A DNA stretch of 64,000 nt from Tubiluchus corallicola (lineage: Eukaryota; Animalia; Priapulida). The stretch's first letter is position 1. Every line of letters begins with the position of its first letter. The notes beneath the pieces are model-generated. The model did no database searches and had not been told where the DNA came from. It was given only the letters and a program-made list of their open reading frames with translations. Below, piece by piece: positions 13,001 through 26,651 of this stretch. The stretch covers positions 89,570 to 153,569 of the forward strand of contig JAQGDQ010000526.1 in NCBI GenBank assembly GCA_030141605.1, written 5' to 3'. The position numbers and the translations under genes are program-made.

Positions 13001-16000
13001 CACAACTTTTACTGTTTTGCAAGTGCAATGACTTTTTCTGCATAATATCTACAAAAGCTGTTGTACAAACCTGCATGGAAGTCTGCAATTACAATCTCTA
13101 GGAGACAGAGAGGAAAAGCTTGAAGCACAGGCGCGGTTTTCTGCAAAAGAAATGCATAAAAATCTAATTAGCTTACTCCCCTTTTCTCACATTTTCAAGT
13201 TTTCACCTCTCGTGACTGCTCCCCGCATACTTCTGCATATGACACTACAATTTAGTGTACGTCAGTAATCCACATAAATGTGCCAAACGTATTAAAACCA
13301 CTCTGGTATTTATAATGCCCGATTGCCAATGCACTGTTATTAGTAGGTAGAAATAAATGAAAAATGTGAAATATTAAGCATATTAGAACAAAAATAAAGA
13401 ATTAAAGGACTTACATGCTAGCTATTTGCAGACAAATCTTGTATTAGCAGTAACACTGCACGAGACTTGTAAATTTAAACTCCCATGCTGACGGCTAGAC
13501 GCAGCCATTTTAACAGTCAATCTTTGAATAAGAAATTTAAGCAAACTAAAATAGGTAAGCTTTTGGTGAGCTAGTGAGTTTTTTGGTACACACTGAAATA
13601 GCGAGCCAATGACGTTTAAGCAGTTTACACGAGCATTTTAAATTAATAAGAATTTTCTTTTCTAGTTACATATGTTTTTCAAGCTGGTAAGCATAATATT
13701 TAATAATATAATTTTGTGTAGAAAGCGTATAAACATAATTATTAATTTTTCTTGACAGTATCCTTACCTTTAGTTGTGCAGATAGACACATGATTCTTTC
13801 TAAGAGTTGGGTAATAATAGTTATGAATAATGCAGCCACACGTTGTAAGCATTTTGTTGACAATGCAATTTTCGGTGCAAGCCTAAAAATGTTATCCATA
13901 ATATTGTAAAAGTTCTTCATAAACAACAAGGACCGACAACAAGTACATGGTCCAGAAGAAAAATAAATTTCTTTAAAAAAATGCATCTATTTTAAAAGTT
14001 TGATCTAGGAACGAAAGTCACACAGCTATAAATTGATTTTATGATCTCATCGGAGAAGGCAGTTTAATTTGGGCATGCAGTGGACACACTGTTTTTCGTA
14101 ATTATCAAATTCAAACAGTGAAATAAATATCACGATTAAAGGTATTCCTTTCAGAAAGGAAAAGCTTTATATATTATTTATATTCACACCTTTTGAAAGT
14201 GCAACTCTTCCTTTTAAAATAGAGGCTGTTGTGCTGCTATGACTGCAAATGCTGTTCTCATGCAGCTAGGTCTTTTAGAGTATATTGCACTGCATTTGCA
14301 TGAATGAGCATGCAATGTACTGCCGCACAGCAATATGTCCTGCTGCAGGGAGGGCAATGGTTACTATTAATGACACTTGTTTTCATCTTTTATGTTTCTA
14401 TGTTTTGTAAACAACACAAATGTTGTCTGTTATTCAATCTACTTCAAAAAGAAATGTCTGCAACCGTTTTGATCAAAAAATTAATACAAATTGCCATTTT
14501 GGCAGTAGGCCTATTATTGGTACTGACGTATATTGTTACAATTATGTAAATATTTATATCTTGAGTGCATTTTACCTGATGATCAAACACATTTTACAAA
14601 TAAAAGACTCAGTTTGAGCTAGACAAACAGAATAAAGGACTGACTGATTCTTAAAAGTTGAAGTACACTAATCCGAAAAATAATCATATCCGTTTCGCCA
14701 TCATTCAATTTTAAAGACCTATTTGACAAACACGAATTTCAAAGGCACAATTTTGCAGAATTTTCGGGATGTGTCAACATCATCTGAATTACTAGTTTCT
14801 ACACAAAGATATAACTCCGAATTTCATCCACATGAAAATGGAGAGCAACACCGTAAAACCTGCGAATATGAAAAAGTGGGGCAGTGTAAATGGAAAAAAA
14901 AGCATATAGAACCTAAAACCAATTTACGTGACAATCTCTGTGCAGCACGCCACTTCCGAATCATTTCAGGAGATCTGGTTCTACTAATACTAACCAAGTG
15001 TTTTCTATTAAACAGGTAAGACCTAATTAAATCAAGTGCAGTGCTATGTGACACCTGCTGTGAAGTCTGCTCAGAAGCACGCCAAGCGGCTGACAAATCC
15101 AATGTTAAAAGCGCAAAAGCTAATGCTTGCTCCATTTGTTGTAATAGCAAATTTTTGTTTGAGATGAATATGCTAATTTGTTTGATTAATGAACATGTCA
15201 ACGCTCTAAAGTGATGCTCTTTTCCGAAATTTTCTAGCAAACAATTGTCCAGTGTAATTAAATGCCTCTCCTACAGGAACAACAAAAAAGTAAAGCCTTG
15301 TCTGTGACACAGCTCGGTTGCTAATGCTGTTAGGTTCAAATAATCTTTGACGCTTTCATTATAATCACCATTGGTTTAAACTCTAAAAAGTTCATTGAAA
15401 TATTTGTTCAAAGAAAGAAAACAAGAGAAAGGAGACCAAAAAAGAAAAGAAGATGCAAGAGGAAGATAAAAAAGTTAATGATTTGCAGTAGTACTACAAA
15501 GGGACATGGCCAGGTTTGAAAGTTAAGGTGAGCAAGCACGTTATAATGATAACAGTGACACGTGCCAGGCAATAATTAATGCATTGATTATACATTTTAA
15601 TTTTGTGTCTAAAATCAACACAGGGGGAAGACACAACATTAAAGGAAGTATATAATTGCTATTTTGTATTTAAAATAAAACGCAAAAAAAGTTTTACAGT
15701 AAGCTCTTAGATCTTATAATACAACAAAAACGTGTCTGTTATTATTATTATTTGCAAAAATGAAATTAAGAGTTAAAAAATTGTTAAACAGGATTGTTAA
15801 TTCTGAAAAATGTGCTTGGGGGAGCGATAGCTCTCCTTGCTCCTATAAAGGCAAAAGCAAATTTAGACAAAATGGTTTATTCAGACTTCATACCTTAGTG
15901 TTGTACTGTTCTTCAGGAAAAAGGGTAACATTATCATAAATATCACTTCCATCAGTGCAATTGCCATAAGGAATTTTCTCCAAAGAGACATTTGTCTGAA

Positions 16001-18510
16001 ATATAAATCTGCAGATTGTAAAAAAATCTCCGTGTTCGTAAGTAATTGATATATACATCATATATCATGTGTTTCATAAGTTTACCTTTATTCAATTTAA
16101 ATGTCTGATAAAAAAAACAAGAGGCAGTTATAGCCTGAATCACTCGCTATTTTCAATGTAAATCACTAAAAAATTAATTTCCAACTGTGATGTTGAGAAA
16201 GGTTTATTTTACCATTGTAAGACCAGAAACTGTTGCATATCCAGGTTGAATGTCGAAGCCACTTTCTGCTGGAAAAGGTGTGTTCCCTGGATTGTGAATC
16301 ACCACGTGGACTCCAGATTCACTAACTGATTTCAGATAATCATATACATTGAGAAAAAGAGTCACGGATAACCCTAGCAAGAATAAAGTTAATGCTGTTT
16401 TTGTTACGAATCTTTTTTGCATACAGTACAGTAATTTCAAATTCGAGAATTATCGTTAAAAGGTGCTTTAGAAACATTAAATGGGCTTACTTGTGGAGCT
16501 CTGAAAATCAACGAAATTTTTGTAATTTGAAACTTATAGTGCAAAAAGTCACCTATTGTACCCGTCATTACCTTTATTTGCTCCTGCCCTTCTCACACTT
16601 CGTGTTTTAGTAGCACGTGGTGTGTTGCTATATCCATCATTGAATGTAAAACATCTGCCAAAACTTGGGTCATCTATTGCTTTAAATTCCCTGTAAGAAG
16701 TTACACAGACTATACCTAGCACACTACAGAAGTTTATTGAACTACTACGAATTTATTTTCACACATCAAAATACAATATCATACACATTAACACATTAAT
16801 AAACTTTAAATAAAATGATTTAAACAAAATTCGTTGATGTTTAAAGAATGAACTGAAATGAATTTTCTTTAATTCCAATTGATAAAATTATCATCTCTGT
16901 AGTGCTTTATCGTTAGTGGCGATCGATGAGTGACTGTGGTGACTGACAGTGTAAAATTATTCTGATTACTAAATCTGTGTTTTTATTTAATGGTTATTAA
17001 AAGCAGACCTAATTCTTTCAAAAGCTGTACAAAATTTATTTTGCACAATGAATAAAAACAGCATTTAGGCAGAACTGCAATAGTATATAATTGTTTACTG
17101 TGACTAGTTGATGTTTCATGGTTTATTCCATCGTGTATAAGCAAATGCAGCACCGCCACGCCATTGCGACGACTTGTGCACTGATGGTGCATCACATTCT
17201 TTGATTTGTAAAACAGAAACAGAAGACAAGATATCAGCTGTTTTATCGTGTTCGCAATTTATCATCAGCATTTTATGATAATTTTAGCATATAGCGAAAT
17301 ATTCAGGTTATTATAATTTTTACAAAATGCGATAGTTATTAAAAAAGTAACTTCAGTAAATCTCTTAGTGATTACAACTGAAGTTCAGCAGCGAACGAAC
17401 TTTTGCTGATATTTGGGGAAAGAAGTCGGCGTTCCGAATATTCGGTGCATCCCTAGGACCCAATTGGAAAGGAGCAAAAACAGAACATAGTGAGAAAAGA
17501 CACTAGAGAAAGGTAAAAGAATCTGGCAGAATGTAAAAAAGAGCATAACTCTTGCGAATGTTACACAAATGAAAAACTAAATAAAATTGGAAACTACTTT
17601 GATATGTCACAAGCAACGCCCATCCAAGTGCAGTTAATGATAAATTGCTGTGGCGAGGCACTAACAATGTCTTTTAGTGTTATGTTCGTATTAACTTTCA
17701 TCAGAACCTCTGCAACATCAGCAATTTCCTCGTCAAAATACACTACAGTTTTCACATAATCACCGTCAGTCTGGAAAAAATTATAAAATAAAATTTTAAG
17801 GAATATACTAAGCTTATAGCTTGCTAAGTTTGTTTGTGTACAATATCTGAATTGTCTAGACAAATAAAAAATTCAATGTCAAACACTGCCTCTATTATTT
17901 AGTTCTTAATTAACTATACCTTAATTACTGCAACTGTCAAAAGGTGTGTGATTTAATTAAACTGACCAGGGTCAACTTAACAGGAATGTACCACTCTATG
18001 CAGTATATGCTGTTGCAACCTAAAATGTAAAAGTTACCAATTTTGTAAAAAAATCTTACCCACTATGGGGTAAAAGCAATGTTTTTGTCAAAAATTTTCC
18101 TCCTTTGCAAAAAAAAATTACATCACTAATTTTGGAAAAGCATTAACAACTTTTGTCAAAACAGTATTTTTGCATTGTAGTGTTCTGACTTGACTGTCTT
18201 TTATAGCATAAGTAATTGGTAAGAAACAAATGCAGATATTAAAATTTCACTCTCATTTCTGTAAGGTACAGCAAACTCCAGCTAGTTCTGACATGTTTTC
18301 ACGCGTTCTGTTGGGTTACGATTCTCTTCTTATCCAGGTGAGTAGTATCTAATGGGGGTTCTCTTGCGATACTCAAATAATTGATGTAACTGTTATCACT
18401 GGAAATAATTACTAAGTAAGACATACATCATTTTACACAATTACTATCAAGAAATTACATTTTTACATTATCACATATGTATATGTAGGTATTATCACGA
18501 AGGTCTGAGT

Positions 18511-18607
<97 letters not shown>

Positions 18608-21600
18608 CACAAACAAAATACTTAAAAATATCATTATGGTACATTTTGAAAATGATGTTATGAAGCAATTAATACATACAAATAACAAATTCAAGTAGTT
18701 TATTGCTGTGAAATTATGAATATCACCTGCACATGCAATATTGTGGTAAAGTTATTGCGGCACAGGCTTCAATAAAAAATGTGTTTATTTTTATAAAAAC
18801 ATCAGTCTTAGTGCATTAATTTTTCACGTTGTCTCAATGCGATATTCAAATACAAATTCTGTAAGTTTGGATTCTTGGATTTAAATTCAAATATCGAAAA
18901 ATCTTATGATATCTCATTACCAGATTCCTGGAATATTTATACTACTGTCTCGTGTGGAACTGTGTTATCGCAATATTCATGATGACAAAGTATTGTACTC
19001 TATTGTGCCATCATGATCATGTAATTCCCGTGCTGCATGTATTTTGATATCTGGTGTAAATTAATGTGCAAAGGGACAATACTTAATACAAGTGGCAAGT
19101 TTTACAAAATCGGTTATTGGTGTTTTTACAAAATTGGTGGCTAATCTTTTTTTGCAAAAGCTGGAATTTTTTAACAAAAAAGTCACCCCTACTTTTTGTA
19201 GTGACAGGATTTTACAAAAGTGGCTACTATACTATTTTTGTAGAAATGGTATATTTTACAAAAGTGGTTGATGTTTTTACAACATTAGTGACCTAGTTTT
19301 TTTACAAAGGGGGGAATTTTTCGACAAAAAAGTAGCCTTTGCGTTTACAATAGTGGGCAAGAGTTTTTACAAAATCAGTGACCTTTTCATGAAAGTGGTT
19401 ACTTTTTTTACAACAGTGGTTAGTTTTTTTACAAAAGTGGTTAGTTTTTTTACAAAAGTGGTTACTTTTTTTTACAAAAGTGGTGGTCTCTTACAAAATT
19501 GGCAATTTTTATATTTAAGGTTGCTACATATTTAAACTCGTGTCACCTTTGCATCATATTTACTTGCAATATTGAATACAATTCTTTTTTAGATATACTG
19601 CTTCATCGTGATCAGGACGAAATGTCTACATCTGTTTTTGAGAAGAATACGCTTGCAGGTCTGTGTGCTGATTTTGAATCTTTCGCTTGCAAACAGTTTA
19701 AAGGCAAATATTATTTGAACTTTAGTACACAGATCTTTTTGTATTTCATCAACATATCAGATATTTCAGGAAAAACTTACTACCGTGAAAAGTTTTTTCA
19801 ATTTCTAACGGGTTTCCAATGTGGTTAATTCGCAATCAAAAATATCTTGATAAAGTTTCTTCCAAAAGAAATCACTGCACTGTCTGTTTCCAAAAAATGG
19901 TGTATTTACCTATTTTAGTTCACTGATCCTCAGTCTTTGCAAGTGAAGAACAAAATTAGTCCTATGGTTGAGCAACATTACCCTCATATTCAATTTGGCC
20001 ATTTTTGGGCTTTTTCTTTCCAATATTCAAAGCACATTCTTACAGTCTGGTGTTGTTTACAGATTTTAGATAGCAGCTCTAATGCTGCTTACCATGTTAA
20101 AACATCCAGACATTTTAAAGACAAAATGTGTGAACATCTGGGATTTCCTGTAAAACAGGCAAGAAACTAAAACTTCCTCCTCAATCTAGCATTTATCATC
20201 ATATTTGTGCTTTTAGCCACAAGGCTGATTTCAATCATTTCAGCAGTGTGACCTGAGCTACAAATAACTGTTACCTATTAACAAAAGAAAGCTTATCCAT
20301 GTACCATAACAAGCCTTCTCTTAGTGTACAATGCAGTTCAATTCCCTTAACCTTGTTTTCAAATACCTAGCTAAAACGTAACTGAGTATCTTTTTCTGCA
20401 GGCCTGTTTTTATTACATTTTTGGAATTCTTGTAGATACATAATTAATGAATATTTGTACTGTAGATTCTGCCTGTAAAACTGGTTGTTGTTTATGTAGT
20501 CAACCACACAGAAAATGACTGCTAGACTCTGCATAACATATTTGTAACGTATTTTATATTTTAAAGTTTTGACAAAAGTTGTTTCTTTCGATAACTTTAA
20601 TATATATTGCTAAAGTTGTATCTTTGCACAATTGGACTTTTACACATTAGTGAACATTCTGCAGGAAAACAAAACGTCGTGTTAATATGTCAGAATTAAA
20701 AAATGAAATTCTTAATGTTCATTATCTATTTCCAGTGTAACCTTTGCTGCTATATTTTTCCAAAAACATAATCTACGTATTTCACTAATTTATCAGTTCA
20801 CTGCTAACGAACGACCTGCTAGTTTATTCGAAATTGTGCACCAAGTTGCCTTCGCACACCTGAGTTTACAATTTACCTGTGTGACCCAGTTAATTTAATT
20901 CTTATAGAAGCTGAAATAATGATTGAGATGAGATGTTTGAGATGACAATTTTCTGGCAATTTTGTTTCATTATTTTGTTATAAACTAATAAACTAATTAA
21001 CAATGGGGCAAACACAAGTGATCTTTTGAGCTATTTCAGTTGATAATAATCAACTTCTGCAATATTCTGTTATTTCCCCATGTCGGGAGTTTACATTTAA
21101 CAACGTACACATGGAGTTTACTGGTGTATGAACTCTTATGACATCTGAAAAAACCTAGCATGTCATATATACAAAGTACATGCAGATGTGTTTGCATGCA
21201 AGGCGGTATCATTGAGAATATCAATAAGACTAACTACTCTTTAGTAAATTTAGATCAGAAAAGGTTTGATCGGAAAAGCACAGGCACTAAAAGGAGAAAC
21301 AGCTCAAGATTCATGTACAAGCCAAGAATCTGCTTGGCTCCTTTCGTTCCACACAAACCACACGACTTAAAGCTAAAGAAACAGACTGCTGTGTCAACAA
21401 CAACAATGAAAAAAAACAACAATCGTTTATTGAAAAGGCTGACTTACCCATGGGTGGTAATCATAAGAATTGTATTCATCTGAATCATCTGTTACATTTG
21501 CAGTTAGATTTTGTTCTTGGAGGTATTTTGATGAAGACACTGGGTTTTTGTTGCAAACTGTCACAGCAGGAAAGTTCAGCTTACCGTCGTTGCGCACACC

Positions 21601-21801
21601 TATTGTAACTGTTTTGGGGGAACTGTTAAACTTCACAGCAATTTGATAAACCTGTGTACCACTATAAACAACTACACCAATAAACAGAAGTATCCATATT
21701 AATCGAACTGTCACATGCGCAGAGAAAAAAGCTCTGTATATTCCATGAGCAGAAGTGCTAGCAGCAAAATACTGCAAGGGTTTATTCAACGGATCATCCA
21801 T
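7047..21801 (-). CDS. DEG/ENaC/ASIC-family channel subunit, copy A; last exon frameshifted (truncated product or young pseudogene)
   Basis: Exons 21448-21801, 17598-17770, 16572-16690, 16213-16373, 15894-15995, 13768-13882, 13071-13140, ~12755/12759-12816, 9544-~9605/9622, 8582-8657, 7047-7222. Motifs: FAASTSAHGI (HG gate motif), TM1, FPAVTVCN, CTWMG, GRCFTFN, GVHVVIH..PFP..GFDI.PG, PYGNC, C..NC..CGC, CNCRLPC, WP, NFVKLNVYY, SELGGSLGLCFGCSILTIFEFIE. The last exon lacks 13 nt relative to copy B. Confidence 0.9.
10629..11407. repeat. 39-bp minisatellite x20 (CYGTCCACATCCAGCACCASGTCAGTGCACATCATTGTC)
   Basis: 20 near-identical units, counted via the translated (P/L)STSST(R/T)SVHIIV repeat. No spacers. 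Lies in an insertion specific to intron 8 of copy A. Confidence 0.97.
14900..15330 (-). mobile_element. Degraded LINE reverse-transcriptase fragment (L2/CR1-like)
   Basis: Translation ALLTLDLSAA...TALDLIRSYLFNRKHLVSI resembles the RT motifs LDLSAAFD and L.W..SYL..R.Q.V. Confidence 0.6.
17400..17455 (-). mobile_element. Probable hAT-type MITE terminus (TAGGGATGCACCGAATATTCGG on the minus strand)
   Basis: TAGGGATG start followed by the CCGAATATTCGG palindrome, typical of hAT non-autonomous ends. The other end was not located. Confidence 0.4.
18011..19528. mobile_element. Foldback/MITE-type element with long imperfect TIRs built of ~20-bp subrepeats and an internal (ATT)n
   Basis: TGTTGCAACCTAAAATGTAAAAGTTACCAATTTTGT (18011) is the inverse of ACAAAATTGGCAATTTTTATATTTAAGGTTGCTACA (ends 19528). 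TTTTACAAAAGTGGTTA subrepeats at 19090-19500. Absent at the corresponding site of copy B (~41225). Confidence 0.8.
18512..18604. repeat. (ATT)n microsatellite
   Basis: About 30 perfect units. Confidence 0.98.
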
Positions 21802-23449
21802 AATTAACAACGCAAAAGCCCATGTGCATTAAGTTTATAATGGTATCGAGGTATAACGCCTGTTCATTTAATTTTACAGCAAAAACTGAATAACAAAAGC
21901 AACCAACTAACTACCAAGATATAACGCCCTATACCCAAAGCCAATTTTATAGTGCCTCATTTTTCAACTGCCAACAGTTCATCATAATTAGTTGAGATGG
22001 ATACACCAGGGGTTGTCTAGCAATATGATTAATATGGCCATACTGGTTTCATAAATAAAACAGCTGCAGTTGTATATATAGGTATATGCACATAGGTTCA
22101 TAAAAGGTATATGCATACACCAAAACAAAGACTAGTACTGGCCTAAGAGCTGTAGTAAATTAAAACTTTGGCTTATGTTGTCATAAATGAATAGCAACAA
22201 ACGTATACTATTAATGAATTTTTGATAATGTCAAAGTAAAATAAATTACAAATATATATAAATATACACTGCTTATATTTTCCAGTTGTAAATGCATTTA
22301 AACACCAATTGTAAAAACGGACAACAAGATTGTATTCATTTGGTCATATACGAATATAACTATTTCTGTAAAAAAAAACTTAAGCAAAAGACAGCCACTG
22401 ACTAATTAGTTAATTCATGAAGTCCATGTTTCATTAGTAGAAACTCAACTACGAAAATTAGTCGAATCAAAAGACCAGAATTGACAATTGACTTGTGCAC
22501 TGAGACACGACTTACTTACAAATCTCTGCATTAGTTTTTAGTCAGCTTTTAACATCAATGTTTACAGTCTTGCATCAAATGAACTTGTACGTTGCATCAA
22601 ATGAACTATACCCTATATAATTCTGTGAACACTCAAATTTTTGTTTTATTGCAGTCTTTTACTTCAAACACCAAGCGTTTTAAATAGTATTCCATAGCAA
22701 CAGTGTTTGCTATAAATGAATTTTTGATAAAGTATAAACAATGTTTAAATTTTTTGCTTAATACAATATGAATTCATTTAAATAGTTGTAAGCATGCACA
22801 GGAATACCGTATTCCTTTGGCCATATACTTACATAATAATTTCTATAGAAAAACTAAAGCAAAGGACGGCCACTAACTAATCAGTTAATTAATGAAATCT
22901 ACATTCCATCTGAGGAATGTGTTAGTAGAAAATCAACTACCAGATAGAATTTACAAATACTGGATGGTTAACCAATATAATCCATGACTTACTATTAATT
23001 TTCTAAAAAGACTGAGAAAGTAACGAAAACAAGAATGAAATAGGTAAAAAATAAGCAAACTGTGAAGGGTGTGCTGCAATTAGTATTGGCAACCCGTAAA
23101 TAGAAACTTATTATGAGCAATTTTGACATAGCTTAAAAATTCAAATTATCAATTTTGCAAACAAGTTTATACAATATTAACAAAATACAAATTTTTTGCG
23201 TGCTCAACAATGCTGTCCTCTCTTGTGTGTGAGAGTTGATTGATTATGGAAAGCTTGCAAACAGCTAATTAATTATCGGTTTTGATGAGCCTCGTAGATT
23301 TGTTTCACTCAATTTTATTATACACGTAGTTTACGATATTGATTTTCACGCTAAAGGTAAATTATATGGCGTTATTAAACTCGTGCTAAACCCACGTAAT
23401 ATTACATTCCGTGTAATATTTATGTATGAGATTAGCGTACGCACATTTC

Positions 23450-25000
23450 ATAGTGGGTGTGATAGACAAATACCACCTTTTCTGTTTTAGTGTATTCATT
23501 TAGTGCGTAATCATTAGTGTACTCATGCTTCGTGAGACTGTTATTCGTGAGAATGAAGCCCGATTTTGGCAATTTGTTGTTGTGTCTAATTTTACACAGA
23601 AAATCTTGCATGTTACATGTCAATATAATCAGGAAATAACAGGCGACACCTAGCCATAAAAACAAAAAGTAGCCCTCAAAACGCATCAATGATAAAAAAT
23701 ACGTATGATCCTTTTTTTATTGTTATACGACATTTTTTGTTTTCTATAACACCATCAGGAAAACAAAACAACTTAGTTATAGTCAAAAAGAAACTCTGAC
23801 AATTGTATTTTTGTATGTAATAATTATTTATGCTATTACATAAAACAGTGTTACAAATCAAAGCTTCTGTTGTGTCAAACAAAGAATTAGAAAGGGTGTT
23901 TCTGTTAGGAGAACTGGACACTGCTGAAAAGTGGCAGCACTTAGTTACAATCTACAATACGAACACTGACAAGAAAACCTGTATAGATTTGATATAGAAG
24001 CACAAAGTGAGGTACAGTGTGCATTAAATTTTAGATTTAATAGCTTGAAAGAGCAGTTATCGAAGCGTTTATGACGCTGCTTCATTAAAGAAAAACAGGC
24101 CAGTTCCTATCCTACAAACATGGAATTGGAGAAGTAATCTGTTGGCAATAGCTCGTGCATCCTGCAAATGGATTTCGCCGAGAACCATAAATGCCTTTAC
24201 GAAGACGAATACAATTAGCCCAGTACCATCAAGGGCAGCTCTCTATTTACTCCATAATGATGTACCCTGCAGAGAAGAGCCTCAATTATGTTAATTGTTA
24301 CCAGACAACAGAGATGACAAATTAGCTGTTGCCGCATATTATATCCGACATGTTGAGGTTTAACAAAAGCCGAGTCGCCAAAAGTAGAAAGATTGTAGAA
24401 ACAGTAAATATAGAGGTTGGTGCATTAGGCCAATTTACATGCTTGCCTTCCTTCAAAGGTTAAAAGATAGCTACAACATCGAGTTGGCATGGAGCTACTT
24501 CATAGCGAGCCATTGGACAAGCCCAACGATGCTCTAACAGGAAATATAAAAAAAACTGCTCACAGAATCATTACAGTTTATAGTCATAATATTACTCATG
24601 TGTTTGGCTTTTAGCAGGCGGTTTGAGATGCATATAACATCTGGATAATATTGATAAAAGAAAAAAAAGGGTTATAAGAATATAGATTTAGAGCAGTTAT
24701 GGATTGTACCGAACCTTTCATGGTGCAATGGCAACCCATTACGTGTAACTACAAAGCAAAAACGCAATCGAGATGATGAACTATGGCAACATTGAAATAT
24801 CAAAAATTCGAAAGATGAAATATTTGTCAAAATAAACACAGAGTCTAAATCTTCAACGCCATGTAAAATGATGTTAAAAAACCCGCGAGGGCATGTCTAG
24901 GTTGAGGGTGTGACAGACCAACGACAGTATCTGGTAAAGTATGGATTCAGTGCATGAGGTGGAGTCACAACTTACGTGCTGGAGATGAAAGCGTTAAAGC
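23450..25000 (+). mobile_element. Degraded DNA-transposon transposase, Sola2-like
   Basis: Frameshifted motifs CILQMDFAENHKCLYEDE-IQ (~24156-24215), GALGQF (~24419) and AWSYFIASH..PND (~24487-24530) resemble the DFAENY / SDG..QF / HGKG.DG catalytic blocks. The Sola2 assignment is from recall of these motifs. The 5' portion is repeated at ~44900-45460 and ~45660-45870. Confidence 0.6.
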
Positions 25001-25809
25001 TGTTGTATTTTGTGTGAAAGATGTTTTTATTGTCATCAAACAAAATTGACAAGTTCTTGTTAAATTTAATTGAATGCTAAATATCGCTTTGTATCAGTTT
25101 GTGTTATTTTAGGCTTAATTATCTATCTTTGTTTATTCAGACAGACGTTTGACGGATGCAAGATGCGCTGTTTTTCGATACTGCCGAGTGAACAAAACAT
25201 TTTAGCAAAGAACATAGAATGGCTGCTTGATGTTTGCAGAACTCTTATCTCTTAGCAGGCACCCAGATAAAAATCTCAGATTGCCTGAACCCACTCCTAT
25301 AGCTTACATACTATACTGGTTAAGTTTCACTTCCCTACTTTGCCAATTTTTGGCTGCCGACTAGTTTATGCACATAAAGACAAAGCTTGAGTTACAGAGT
25401 GGATCCTGGGAGTTGGGAAAACGTTACACCGTTTTCTACAGCGAAGTGATTAAATACTGGGTTATGGGTCTACTTACAGTTTCATATCTTCAGTCGCGAC
25501 AGATCGTAAGAGCGAGATGAATATTGTGGTTATACCTGCATATGCCAACGTTTTTTTAGATGCCAGAATGCATTTTAATGCATTTTATATAGACCTTATC
25601 TGCCAATGTGGAACTATTTTGAAGATCGAGTGAGTGAAATACCTAGTATCAGAAATATCTAAAAATTCATACTTGATAGCCGAAATGTTCCATTCCACTG
25701 GGGTTCTGCATAGAGAGTACGTACATACACTAGCTACAGGATTAGATAATATTGACTGGAATGTAGCTAATAGTAGTTTTGATTACTTCATTTTACAAGT
25801 TTTATTTCA

Positions 25810-25985
25810 AAGAATAAACATTGCGTATCATACAAAGAATAAACATTAAGTATCATGTAAAGAATAAGCATTAAGTATCATATAAAGAATAAGCATTAAG
25901 TATCATACATGGAATAAACATTGAGTATCATACAAAATATGACCATTAAAAATCATACAAAGATCAAACATTAAGTATCATGCAA
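25810..25985. repeat. 25-bp minisatellite x~7, paralog of 6211-6372
   Basis: AAGAATAAnCATTAAGTATCAT units. Confidence 0.85.
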
Positions 25986-26651
25986 AGTGGCAATTTGCCA
26001 ATACAAGTTTATTGTGAAACATTAAACTGCAACTGAGTACTGCATACATCATCTGATATTATTAGGTTTCCTATCAAGAGTAATCTCATTAAATTTTGCT
26101 TTGTTATGGTACGCCCTACGCAAATATTTTACAGTGTGTCAAAATCATTACCTGAGCAATTTCTAAACTGATATGAGCTATGTATATCTATTACAGCGCT
26201 CAGTTAGAAGTGCTTGTTTAAGAATTGTTATAAGTATACCCGGTAAAATGTTCAGTTAGAAAAACTTTGTTACAGTAACTTTAGATTGTTTCATTATAAG
26301 ATACAACTGTAGTAAATGCAGCACATATTTGTAAACATGAACAGCATCAGCAGCCATAAACAAATCCTCCTATCCCACATAACATACCAAAGACAAGCGT
26401 AATATCAAATGTAAAGCTGATTATGAATACGCAGGGTAATTTAGTTGCGTCAAATTGTCAAAAATAAAGGATGCTGTAACAACGGCACGACATAGAATAC
26501 CTTCTATGGTTTCACGAACTGCAAAGCAAACAATAAAAATGTAAAACGTGCTCTGCAAACATGGCTAATTAAGCATTACCAGGTTATGAATTTGCTCAAA
26601 AATAGGTTTACCAAGTCTGGTGTCTAGTGCTGCTTCTGACAATGCTATACA

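Noticed and set aside
16086-16104. 19-nt microexon-like segment (cag|ACATTTAAATTGAATAAAG|gtaaa), with TAA in the paralog at 39871-39889
   Set aside because: The flanking exons already join in phase 0 to give GLTM|TNVSLEKIPYGNC, and inclusion would frameshift. It is therefore not evidence that copy B is a pseudogene. Use as a poison exon cannot be excluded.
20400-20660. Candidate exon after a conserved acceptor in intron 1 (paralog at ~41330-41395)
   Set aside because: Stops in all frames in both copies; exon 1 splices in phase directly to exon 2.
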